In this document: one piece after another, positions 49,606 through 58,371 of the stretch
Numbering within the stretch: position 1 is the stretch's first letter
How the letters are laid out: each line of letters opens with the position of its first letter
Made by a program: the position numbers and the translations under genes
The notes under the pieces: generated by a model
Seen by the model: the letters and a program-made list of their open reading frames with translations, nothing else
Databases searched by the model: none
Told to the model about the DNA's origin: nothing
Assembly (NCBI GenBank): GCA_965248925.1
Contig: CBDFLE010000006.1
Span: 4,032,001 to 4,096,000 of the forward strand
Source of the DNA: Candidatus Multivoradales bacterium
GTDB taxonomy: Bacteria; Acidobacteriota; Thermoanaerobaculia; Multivoradales; J023
Direction: 5' to 3'
Length of the DNA stretch: 64,000 nucleotides

Positions 49606-49656
49606 CGGGTTTCCTTTCAAGTAGCTTGAGAGGTATCAATCACCAGGCGGATTGTC

Positions 49657-50546
49657 TCAGACCGCCAGCGAGGCGAGGCTGGCATCGATCTCAGCTCGGC
49701 TCAAGACCTGTGGGCCGACGAAAACGGCCTGCACTTTGGCCAGAGCCTCGAGGGTGGTCAGGGGATTGTCTTCGAGCAGAATCAGTAGCGCCCTCTTGCC
49801 CTCCTCGACCGTGCCCCAGTCGGACTCTTCGCCGTAGAACTCCGCCATGCTGACAGTTGCTGCTCGCAGCGCCTCGTAGGGCGACAAGCCGGAACTGGCG
49901 AGCAGCCGCAGTTCTTCGAGCATGGAAAAGCCCGGGACGATGAAGGCGCCATCGCCAGCACTAACCAGCAAGGGCACTCCTGCTTGCGCCATCATCAGGG
50001 TGATGGTCTTGCGCACCAAGGTGCTGCCGTAGGCGCCGGCGGCTTGACCAGCGGCGCGGCGCAAGGAAATATCTGCGGCAATGCCAGCCCCTGCTGCTGC
50101 AATTCACGGAGTTCAGCCGTTAGGTCCGGAGTGTGTCTCGTAAAGCGCAGAGTGGTGACGCCCGCCGCTAGCGTCAGGCGCAGATAGTCAGCCAGCGGCA
50201 GGTCGATCCCTTGCCGACCCGGCGGATGTGGATGACCGTCGGCGAGCCCCGGCATCAGGTATTTGCCAGCGGCTTCGATGAGCCGCGGGTTTGCATCGTC
50301 GTGGCGCGTTGTGCCATCGGGTGAAATCGAGTGAATTACGCCATCACGGATCAACACGTCGCGGCTCCTCAGCAGGCGTGCTCGATCCATGGGTATTACA
50401 TGCACGCCGCGTAGCAGCGTCGCATCGCCAGCGGTTTCCGGTCGTCCGCCGCTAGGTGGTTCCATCGCTGCCGCCCTTCTGACTTGGGCCGATCCGGCGA
50501 GAGAAAGGGAAAGGCCGGTGCCGAGCAAAAACCTTCTACGGTCCAT
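49657..50546 (-). pseudogene. Tat-signal amidohydrolase, internally deleted and frameshifted
   Basis: MDRRRFLL Tat leader and GKYLMPGLADGHPH in one frame; PGFSMLEEL...GTVEEGKRA..LL..NPL in another; total far shorter than a full TIM barrel. Confidence 0.75.
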
Positions 50547-50653
50547 CGCTGTGTTCAAAAAAGGAGCATTGCATAGGCAGTCACAGAGCCAGGAATGAGA
50601 TTCGTAAAACTCTTCGCGCCGAGGTTTAGGTTCGCCGCTTCGGAAGGGCCTCT

Positions 50654-51070
50654 TCAGGAGCCCTGCTCGACCCGCTTGCCCAAGCGAACGACCCAGGGGC
50701 GAGTCTTGCGCTCAGCGGTCAGTAGACGGGCTTCGAGAGTCAGAGCCAAGGTGATGAAGACGGCGTCATATTCCGTTGCCTGGTAAGAGAACGCAGTTTG
50801 TAGAACCCTTGCAGGTTCGGGCTCGCTGGTTCTGAGAGGAGCGGCCAAATGCAGGCCGTAGATCTCTTGCGCCAATGGCTCATCGATCTCTCCGCGCCGC
50901 ACGTAAGTGCGAAGTACGCTGGCGATTTCCCAGAAATGCAGCCCCGGGACCCACAGATGTACCTCTCCGTCGAGTATTCGTTGTTACCATTCACGGGCTG
51001 CCTGCGACGAACTCTCGGGCAAGTACCAGGCGATTGCGACGCAGGTGTCGAGAACTAGATCCTGGGTCAT
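50654..51070 (-). pseudogene. PIN/VapC toxin with in-frame nonsense codon
   Basis: MTQDLVLDTCVAIAWYLPE...AREW*QRILDG...WEIASVL...EYDAVFI..LLTAE; single TAA at 50984-50986. Confidence 0.85.
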
Positions 51071-51306
51071 ATTCGGTTGCGATCTTCGCGCAAGAGTTCG
51101 CTGGGTGCCTGTCGAAGACGCAGATGGCGAGTCTTGGATTCAATTCCGCGCCAGCGATCGCGGTAGCTGGCGGAGCGTTCTTGGTCGGCTTTGACGGCGA
51201 CGAATAGGAGCAGAGCTTCCTCGACCACGGCGCGTTTTGAAGTGGCGGAGGAATATTTCGCCGCTTCTCGCATCAGGTCGTGATTGAGCACGATGTTGGT
51301 TCTCGT
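51067..51306 (-). pseudogene. VapB32-like antitoxin with mutated start codon (ACG)
   Basis: (M/T)RTNIVLNHDLMREAAKYSSATSKRAVVEEAL; ACG at 51304-51306 where ATG is expected; TTGGTGTACG direct repeats upstream. Confidence 0.7.
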
Positions 51307-51450
51307 ACACCAAATCGTACACCAATTGTATTGCCGGGTGTTTGCAACTGCAACACGGAATCGGAGTAGCACACGCGTCGATCCGGGAATCTCTGTGTTT
51401 GAAAGAGGCGGGAGGGCCGCTCGCCTGCAAGTACTCGGGGCAGCTCGGTG

Positions 51451-51981
51451 CTAACCGCCAGTGACAGGGCGCCGGCCGAGAATCATGCAGGTGGTGCTGC
51501 CATGGGCGAGCAGCTGACCTGCCTTATCCTCGATGCGGCCATCGGCGGTGGCGGTGCGTTTGCCGCAGTGGATCAGCCTGCCGATGGCGCGCACCCGGCC
51601 GGTGGCGGTGGTCATCGGCCGGATGTAGTTGATCTTCAGTTCGAGGGTGGTGTACGCGGTGGTGATCGGCAATTGAGTGTGGATGGCGCAGGCCATGACG
51701 GTGTCGAGCAGGGTAGCGGCAAGGCCGCCGTGGACGATCCCCATCGGGTTGTAATGGGATTCGTCGGGGTCGCATTCGAAGACCGCTCGACCGTCGCTGA
51801 ACTCCACTGGCCAGTAGGCCATCAACTCAGCGATCGGCGGCTTGGCCAGCTCGCCGGTGCGCATCGCCTCCAGCATCTCCAGGCCACTGCGGTAGCGGCC
51901 GCTGCGGACCGCTTGCTGGAATTCGTCGGGGTCGGTCCAGCTGATCAGTCGGCAGCGCGCCGGGGCCGCGGAATCGGTCAT
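51451..51981 (-). CDS. PaaI-family thioesterase
   Basis: HYNPMGIVHGGLAATLLD, TLELKINYIRP. Confidence 0.92.
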   Translation of the reverse strand: MTDSAAPARCRLISWTDPDEFQQAVRSGRYRSGLEMLEAMRTGELAKPPIAELMAYWPVEFSDGRAVFECDPDESHYNPMGIVHGGLAATLLDTVMACAIHTQLPITTAYTTLELKINYIRPMTTATGRVRAIGRLIHCGKRTATADGRIEDKAGQLLAHGSTTCMILGRRPVTGG

Positions 51982-52538
51982 TACTCGGCGTCGGGCACCG
52001 CGGGCAGTGAGTAGGCGAATTCGTAGCGATGCTCACCGTCGACAACGTCGATCTTGAATTCGCCGGTGAGACCGGTCAGCCCGTCGCTACCTGAGCCCGG
52101 TATCACGGTGATGCTGAGCTCCTGACTTGTGGCGCTCATCAACCCGCGGTGGAGGAAGACGAAGCTACCGCTGCGACCATGGAGAGTGCCGCTCACCCGC
52201 TCCATGGCGACGTAGCCCGCCGAGCCTTTGGTTTCGGTCACTGCGGTGAGCATCTCGCCCTTGCCGGCGGCTTCGAGATCGCCGTGGAATTGTTTGTCGA
52301 GGGCCATTCTTGCCAGCTGCGCGCCGGCTCCGGCGTCGGGCTCGCCTTGGGGGACCATCTTGACCTCGAATGTGCCGCTAGCTGTTTGGGTCGTCACCTT
52401 TGCTTGCTCCATGGTCTGTGAATGAAGGGGTGCCGCCAACAGCCCGAGCAAGCTGAGTCCGAGAAGGGCGCGGGCGAGAAGAGTCGGCGGCTGGATCGTC
52501 GTCGAGATTGGGTTTGGGGTCGATGTGGTCTTGTTCAT
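51981..52538 (-). CDS. DUF3224-family protein with signal peptide
   Basis: ASGTFEV, KQFHGDL, GSAGYVAMERVSGTLHGRSGSFVF, GSGSDGLTGLTG. Confidence 0.85.
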   Translation of the reverse strand: MNKTTSTPNPISTTIQPPTLLARALLGLSLLGLLAAPLHSQTMEQAKVTTQTASGTFEVKMVPQGEPDAGAGAQLARMALDKQFHGDLEAAGKGEMLTAVTETKGSAGYVAMERVSGTLHGRSGSFVFLHRGLMSATSQELSITVIPGSGSDGLTGLTGEFKIDVVDGEHRYEFAYSLPAVPDAE

Positions 52539-52607
52539 TGTCGAGCATTGTATGGCAGGTGGGCTGGCGTCGGTATAATTGTAGGGACAACCCAAGGAGT
52601 TCCAAGC

Positions 52608-54029
52608 ATGATCGCGCGCATCCTCTCCCTAGCCCTGTTGACCAGTACTTTGCCGATTCTCTGCTCGGCCAGCGTCGCCGCCGAACTTCCCCGGACCCTG
52701 CGGCTGGATTACTTCCACACCGGCGGCATGGGCACGGAGGTGTTCAGTGTCGACGCCTTGCGCCGCGAGCCGCTGCCCTGGCCGGGTCATCCACGGCGGG
52801 CGGTCGACACCACCAACCGGGGCAAGTACCGCTTCGAAATCCGCCGCTCGGACGGCGGTAAGGTGCTCTACTCGCGGGGCTTCGCCTCGATCTATGGCGA
52901 GTGGGAGACCACCGCCGAAGCGCAGAACAGCCACCGTACTTTTCACGAGTCGCTGCGCTTTCCCGACCCTGGCGAGCCTTTCTCAGTGCTGCTATCGGTG
53001 CGCGACGTGGCCAATGGCTGGCGGTCGCTGTGGCAGTTGGAACTCGACCCGTCCGCGATCTTCGTCGATCAGGCACAGCCGCCCCGTCAAGACTTGATCA
53101 CCCTCGAGTCTCATGGCCCGCCGGCCGACAAAGTCGACTTGCTGCTGCTCGGTGACGGTTACACCGCCCAGCAGTGTCCGAAGTTCATCAGCCAGGCCAG
53201 GCGATTGGTAGCGGCTTTGTTCAGCGAGCCCCCCTTCGCGGCGCGGCGCGAGGACTTCAATGTCTGGGCGATCTGTCCACCAGCGGCGCAGTCCGGGGTT
53301 ACCAGGCCATCGACCGGCATGCACCGCCATAGCCCGCTGGGCGCGACTTACGATGCCTTTGGTTCAGAGCGCTACCTGCTGAGCTTCGAGAATCGCCGTT
53401 GGCGTGATGTGGCGGCCTGGGCTCCCTATGAATTTGTCGAGATCCTGGTCAACAGCGAGACCTACGGTGGTGGTGGGATATTCGGTCTCTACAGCACCGC
53501 GGCGGCGCGCAGCTCGGAAGCGGAGTACCTCTTTGTGCATGAATTCGCCCACCACTTCGCGGGTCTCGCCGACGAGTACTACACCTCGCCGGTGGCCTAT
53601 CAGCCGACCGCCATCGAGACCGAGCCGTGGGAGCCCAACGTCACGGCCTTGCTCGATAAGACGCTCAAGTGGGAAGCGTTGGCCAGTCCAGGAGTCGAGT
53701 TGCCCACGCCGTGGCCGAAGCTGGTCTACGAGACTCATGCACGCAAGATCCAACAGCGCCGCCGACAAATCCGCGCCGCCAACCGACCGGAGAGCGAGAT
53801 GGCGGCGCTGTTTGCTGAGCAGCGTCAGTACGAGACCGAGCTGTTCCAGCAAGCGCCGAGCTGGGGCCAAATGGGAGCTTTCGAAGGCGCCAACTACTCG
53901 GCCACTGGCTACTACCGCTCCGAGATGGACTGCCTGATGTTCTCGCGCAATCCGGTCGGTTTCTGCACTGCGTGCCGGCATGGCCTGGAGCAGATAATCG
54001 ACTTCTACACGCCACCAGCTACCCCTTGA
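52608..54029 (+). CDS. Peptidase M64 (IgA-peptidase-like) with N-terminal domain
   Basis: AAGGAG RBS; TLRLDYFHTG, KVDLLLLGDGYT, YGGGGI, HEFAHHFAGLADEY, GAFEGANY, C.M...FC.AC. Confidence 0.9.
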   Translation: MIARILSLALLTSTLPILCSASVAAELPRTLRLDYFHTGGMGTEVFSVDALRREPLPWPGHPRRAVDTTNRGKYRFEIRRSDGGKVLYSRGFASIYGEWETTAEAQNSHRTFHESLRFPDPGEPFSVLLSVRDVANGWRSLWQLELDPSAIFVDQAQPPRQDLITLESHGPPADKVDLLLLGDGYTAQQCPKFISQARRLVAALFSEPPFAARREDFNVWAICPPAAQSGVTRPSTGMHRHSPLGATYDAFGSERYLLSFENRRWRDVAAWAPYEFVEILVNSETYGGGGIFGLYSTAAARSSEAEYLFVHEFAHHFAGLADEYYTSPVAYQPTAIETEPWEPNVTALLDKTLKWEALASPGVELPTPWPKLVYETHARKIQQRRRQIRAANRPESEMAALFAEQRQYETELFQQAPSWGQMGAFEGANYSATGYYRSEMDCLMFSRNPVGFCTACRHGLEQIIDFYTPPATP

Positions 54030-54040
54030 GCTAGAGCGCG

Positions 54041-54796
54041 ATGAATCTACTGCTGGTCGAAGAGGATGAAGTGTCGCCCGGCAGTCGGGTGCGGCTCAGC
54101 GGGCGGCGGGCGAAACACTTGCTGAAAGTACTGCGGGTAGAGCCCGGACGGCGGCTACGTGCCGGGGTGGTGAACGGAGCCTTGGGTGAGGCCAAAGTCG
54201 AGCGGATCGAGGGTCACGAGGTTGTGCTGCGCTTCGACCTCCATGAGCCACCGCCCAGCGCCTCGGCTTGGCTCGATCTGGTCTTGGCGGTGCCGCGTCC
54301 GGCGGTTTTACACCGAGTCTTGCAGACCGCTGCCACCATGGGGGTTGGCCGGTTGTGGTTGACCAATGCCTGGCGGGTGGAAAAGAGCTTCTTCGGCTCG
54401 CCGTCGCTAGAATCCGAGGCCATCGCCCGCCATCTCCGATTGGGCGCCGAGCAAGGTGGCACCACCCGGCTACCGGAAGTGCGTCTCGAACGCCTGCTGG
54501 TGCCTTTCTTGGAGCAACTTGGCGCGCCGCCGCCAGGCACCTGCCGGGTGTTGGCCGAGCCGCGCTGCGGAACGCAAATCGAGGACCATCTAGCCGGCTT
54601 GGGCGCCGCTGCCGCCAAGACTCGCTACCAACTTGCTATCGGCCCAGAAGGTGGCTGGATCGAGCGTGAAATAGAAACCTTCGGCAATGCCGGCTTCACC
54701 CCGGTCGAACTCGGCCCTTGGGTGCTCAGAGTCGAGACCGCGGTCGCCGCCGCCATGGCCCAGATCGAGCTGTTGCGGCGTCAGGCAGGTGGCTGA
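54041..54796 (+). CDS. rsmE: 16S rRNA m3U1498 methyltransferase
   Basis: HLLKVLR, AIGPEGGW, LGPWVLRVETA (SPOUT). Confidence 0.9.
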   Translation: MNLLLVEEDEVSPGSRVRLSGRRAKHLLKVLRVEPGRRLRAGVVNGALGEAKVERIEGHEVVLRFDLHEPPPSASAWLDLVLAVPRPAVLHRVLQTAATMGVGRLWLTNAWRVEKSFFGSPSLESEAIARHLRLGAEQGGTTRLPEVRLERLLVPFLEQLGAPPPGTCRVLAEPRCGTQIEDHLAGLGAAAAKTRYQLAIGPEGGWIEREIETFGNAGFTPVELGPWVLRVETAVAAAMAQIELLRRQAGG

Positions 54797-54924
54797 TCTG
54801 GCCTCCTTCAACGGCTTCAGAGGCGTGCTAGAATTACCTCTAAAGCGCCATGCTGACCGACTGGCAGAGACGGTTGGCCACCCATTCTGATCCCCCAACG
54901 CTTGCAGCGCCGTGGAGGTGTTTC

Positions 54925-56196
54925 GTGTCCGAAGGCTGGACCTATCGGTTAGATTTTCAAGGCCAGGCTATCGAACTCACTGTGGGTGAGATGAATATCG
55001 GCCGTAGCCGCCGCGCCGATATCTCAATCAACGACCCGAGTGTCAGTCGGATTCATGCCAAGCTGCACATAGGTGACGGAGTGGTGCGGGTGGAGGATCT
55101 GGAGTCCTCCAATGGCACTTTTGTCAACGGCTTGCGCCTCGCCGATCCAGTGCCCGCCCGGCAAGGCTCGACCCTGGCCTTGGGCGATGCTGAACTTACC
55201 GTTCATATCGAGGCTCTGACTTTTCGCACGGTCCAGATGTCGGCTGCCGACCTAGCCCAGGTGCCGGGACTGCCGTCGGTGGGTGAGGCCACTTCGCTGT
55301 TGCAGGCCGGGTCGGTGGAGCTGGCCCAGCAGGTGCTGGATCAAGACTCGGCGCAAGCCGCGGCCGAGCTGCCGCCGGTGCTCGACACCGTGCCGCCGTT
55401 GCCCTCCCTGGAGAAAGAGGCGGCAACCCCTTCCGTCCCATCTTCGTTCGCCGCCCCGCCAAAGCCTGTCGCGGCGGTTCCACCGCCACCACCGGTTGCC
55501 CCACCTTCCTTTGAAGATCCGCCGTCGGCTTCGTTTGCTGCTCCTGCCGTCGCGGTCGCTTATCCCGAGCCATTCGGGCAGGGCGTGGCGATGCCTGCAA
55601 CCAGTGGCGACCCTGATCCCGATGCCGAGGGGGCGCTTGGCACTCCCCTCGCCGATCCAGATCAGAGTCAACTACTGCGCACCTTTGATGATATCGAAGC
55701 AGGAATAGACGGCCCTCCGGCGGCGGCCGAGGTGGCGGTGGCGGCCGCCGTGCCGGCTGCCCCGGTGGTCGCCGCCGCAGCTCCAATTCTGGCTCCACCG
55801 GCGGGGTTTTGGCGTCGGCTGGGGGCTGTGCTGATCGATGCCGTGTGGATGGTGCTACTAAATGTGGCGTTGCTTTTTGGTTGGAATATGGCCGGTGGTA
55901 GCGGCGCCTTGGAGGCGTTTGTGCCCGGCTTGGCGGTGTTTGTGCCCGCCTTGGTGGGTTTTGCCATCTCCTTGGTCATTGTCGTCGGTTGGGCGACGGT
56001 GGGCACCACGCCGGGGAAGAAGCTGCTGGGGCTTACCGTCCGCACCCTCGATGGTCGCGCCGGGGTGGGCTTTGGCCGCGCCCTGCTGCGCTATGTCACC
56101 TATCCAACCCTGATTGTCGGCTGCTTCTTGATCGCTTTCTCATCCACCAAGAGAGGCTTGCACGACCTGATTGCTGGCACCTACGTCGCGCGCTGA
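54925..56196 (+). CDS. FHA domain - Pro/Ala-rich linker - RDD membrane domain protein
   Basis: IGR...SVSRIHA...DLESSNGTFVNG (FHA); AGFWRRLGAVLID...TPGKKLLGL.V...ALLR...GLHDLIAGT (RDD); GGAGG RBS before GTG 54925. Confidence 0.85.
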   Translation: MSEGWTYRLDFQGQAIELTVGEMNIGRSRRADISINDPSVSRIHAKLHIGDGVVRVEDLESSNGTFVNGLRLADPVPARQGSTLALGDAELTVHIEALTFRTVQMSAADLAQVPGLPSVGEATSLLQAGSVELAQQVLDQDSAQAAAELPPVLDTVPPLPSLEKEAATPSVPSSFAAPPKPVAAVPPPPPVAPPSFEDPPSASFAAPAVAVAYPEPFGQGVAMPATSGDPDPDAEGALGTPLADPDQSQLLRTFDDIEAGIDGPPAAAEVAVAAAVPAAPVVAAAAPILAPPAGFWRRLGAVLIDAVWMVLLNVALLFGWNMAGGSGALEAFVPGLAVFVPALVGFAISLVIVVGWATVGTTPGKKLLGLTVRTLDGRAGVGFGRALLRYVTYPTLIVGCFLIAFSSTKRGLHDLIAGTYVAR

Positions 56197-56337
56197 GGTT
56201 GAGTGGGCGGACCATCCGCGAGCCGCCGGCGGTGTTCGCTGTCGGGCGGTAAAACGCTGGTAAATCTGGGCCTTGCCGCACTTCAGCAGGGCTGAGTGCG
56301 GTTGCTCGGCGAATCCCCGAAAGTTAGGATGAGGGCT

Positions 56338-57294
56338 ATGGAAAAGGCCTCTCCAACCTGGTTGAAATTCGCTGGCTCGGCCGGTGGCGTCGTGCTCGGT
56401 CTGGTCTTTTTGGTCGCCGCCTGGGCGAAGACTCTCGACCCCTCGGCCTTCGCTCAGGAGATCGAACACCAAGGCTTGGCAATCCTGCTGCCGGCTATGG
56501 CGGTGGCGTTGATCGCTCTCGCTCTCGAGGTTGCCCTGGGTTCGGCCTTGGTGCTCGGGGTTCGCAGGCGGTGGGTGCTGTGGCCGACGGCGGCTTTGGT
56601 GGTGTTCTTCCTTTTCCTCACCGGACGGGCCTATCTGCGCTACCTGGGCGGGGAGGTTCCCGATGAGGCCGGCTGTGGCTGTTTTGGCAATTTGGTCGAG
56701 CGCACGCCGACCGAGGCCTTCTGGCAAGACCTGCTGCTGATGGTGCCGGCTTTGCTACTGGCTTTCCTGGGTCGCCGCGGCGCCTCCCATCGCTTGCCGG
56801 TGTTGCGTCTGGTGTGGGTCGGGTTACTGACTTTGGCCACGGTGGTGGTGGCCTGGAAAGCCCCCGATCTGCCGCTCGATAACTTGGCTACCAGGGTTAA
56901 GCCGGGTACCGAAATCCTCAGTCTCTGCGCTGGCAGCGAGGAAGATGGAACGCGGGTCTGTATGGACGGCGTGGCTCCCGAGCTCGGCAGTGGTGAGCAC
57001 CTGGTGCTGTTGGCCGAACTCGAAGATCCAGCATTGATCGCCAACCTGGACGCCCTGAACGAGTATCATCTGTCGGGAGAGGCCGGGATGGTCTGGTTGT
57101 TGACCGGGGCTAGCGACGAGCAGCTCGCCGCTTTTCGCTTCGGCTATTTCCCGGCGTTCGAGATCCGCGAAGCCCCCGCCGCCTTGCTCAGGCCGATGTA
57201 CCGCACCCTGCCGCGCTCTTTCCGGATTCGCGATGGCCGGGTCGAAGAAACCTACTCCGGACTGCCGTCGCTGGGCGAGATCGGGGCCGGCTAG
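56338..57294 (+). CDS. MauE/DoxX-family redox-associated membrane protein
   Basis: LGLVFLVAAWAK..DP..F, E..LG, CGCFG, D motifs; C-terminal degenerate thioredoxin-like region. Confidence 0.8.
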   Translation: MEKASPTWLKFAGSAGGVVLGLVFLVAAWAKTLDPSAFAQEIEHQGLAILLPAMAVALIALALEVALGSALVLGVRRRWVLWPTAALVVFFLFLTGRAYLRYLGGEVPDEAGCGCFGNLVERTPTEAFWQDLLLMVPALLLAFLGRRGASHRLPVLRLVWVGLLTLATVVVAWKAPDLPLDNLATRVKPGTEILSLCAGSEEDGTRVCMDGVAPELGSGEHLVLLAELEDPALIANLDALNEYHLSGEAGMVWLLTGASDEQLAAFRFGYFPAFEIREAPAALLRPMYRTLPRSFRIRDGRVEETYSGLPSLGEIGAG

Positions 57295-57356
57295 CTTGAC
57301 AATCACCGCTTCTCTGCTCGGTGGGGGAGGCCAACGATACTGAGGATGAGCCAGTG

Positions 57357-58244
57357 ATGAAGACACTCACTTACTTAGCAACCACGAGTCTGGCCGACAG
57401 ATCGCCGCGGGTTACCGTGGCGCGCGGCACTGTTTCGCGGCTCACCGTGTCGCGGGCCATCGTGCTGGTCGCCGCCGCTCTACTGGCCTTGCCGGCCGCC
57501 GGCCAGATGGCGGCCGACGCCTTGTTCAGCGACTTCGAGCCCAATGGCGAATACGTCTTTGTGCTCGATGGCAAGGCGCTCAAGGACGCCGAGATCTTTC
57601 AGTCGAAGCGCGCGGGCGCTTTCTTGATCATGGCCCCCGAGCTAGCTTCGCCGGTGATCATCAATGCTCGGGCGCAGCAGGTGCAGAGCGTTCACATCAT
57701 GAAAGTCGCGCGGCGCGACAGCGGCAAGGTCGATATTTTGGCCGATGCTTCCTTCGATTCGTTGGGCGGTTTCAACTTCAAAGAAGGCAAGGTGTATTTC
57801 GCCATTGGCGACCGCAAGGCGGTGTTGGAAGAGAAGCCGCCGCTACTCGGTTGGCGCCAGGCAGACGAGCTGATCGACTATAAGGTGGAGTACGTGCGCG
57901 GCTCAGCCGCTTACACCCCGAGCGCGGAGCACCTCGGCTTGCTGCAAGGCCAGAAGAAAGCGGTCGAGGTCAAAGTCTACTTCGCCACTTGGTGCCCGGC
58001 TTGCACCCGCGCGGTGCCGAAAGTGCTGAAGGTGCAAGAAGGGTTGGCCGATTCCAAGATCCGCTTCTCCTACTACGGCCTGCCGCACAAGATCGACGAC
58101 GATCCGGTCGCCCGCGAGGTCGAGATCAAAGGCATTCCGACGGTGGTGGTGCATGTGGCCGGCAAAGAGGTGGGCCGACTCAGCGTCAGCGATCTCAACG
58201 CGCCGGAGAAAGCGCTGCATCAGCTAGTGGCCAAGGCTGAGTGA
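57357..58244 (+). CDS. Exported thioredoxin-domain protein
   Basis: Signal peptide; YFATWCPACTRAVP, GIPT, EVGR. Confidence 0.8.
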   Translation: MKTLTYLATTSLADRSPRVTVARGTVSRLTVSRAIVLVAAALLALPAAGQMAADALFSDFEPNGEYVFVLDGKALKDAEIFQSKRAGAFLIMAPELASPVIINARAQQVQSVHIMKVARRDSGKVDILADASFDSLGGFNFKEGKVYFAIGDRKAVLEEKPPLLGWRQADELIDYKVEYVRGSAAYTPSAEHLGLLQGQKKAVEVKVYFATWCPACTRAVPKVLKVQEGLADSKIRFSYYGLPHKIDDDPVAREVEIKGIPTVVVHVAGKEVGRLSVSDLNAPEKALHQLVAKAE

Positions 58245-58325
58245 AAGGCAGAACACCTCTGGCCGGAAGATACACTTCTAAGGCAACGTCACGGAAATCC
58301 CACAAGTTATTGAGAACAAACTTTT

Positions 58326-58361
58326 TTTTGTAGGGGCGCATCGCGATGCGCCCCTACAAAA
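58326..58361. repeat. 36-bp perfect palindrome, GTAG-type REP-like element / bidirectional terminator
   Basis: TTTTGTAGGGGCGCATCGCGATGCGCCCCTACAAAA between convergent genes. Confidence 0.8.
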
Positions 58362-58371
58362 TCCCTCGAAG

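Noticed and set aside
55360-55800. Low-complexity Pro/Ala-rich stretch as a DNA repeat element
   Set aside because: No periodic nucleotide unit; explained as the protein linker of the FHA-RDD gene.
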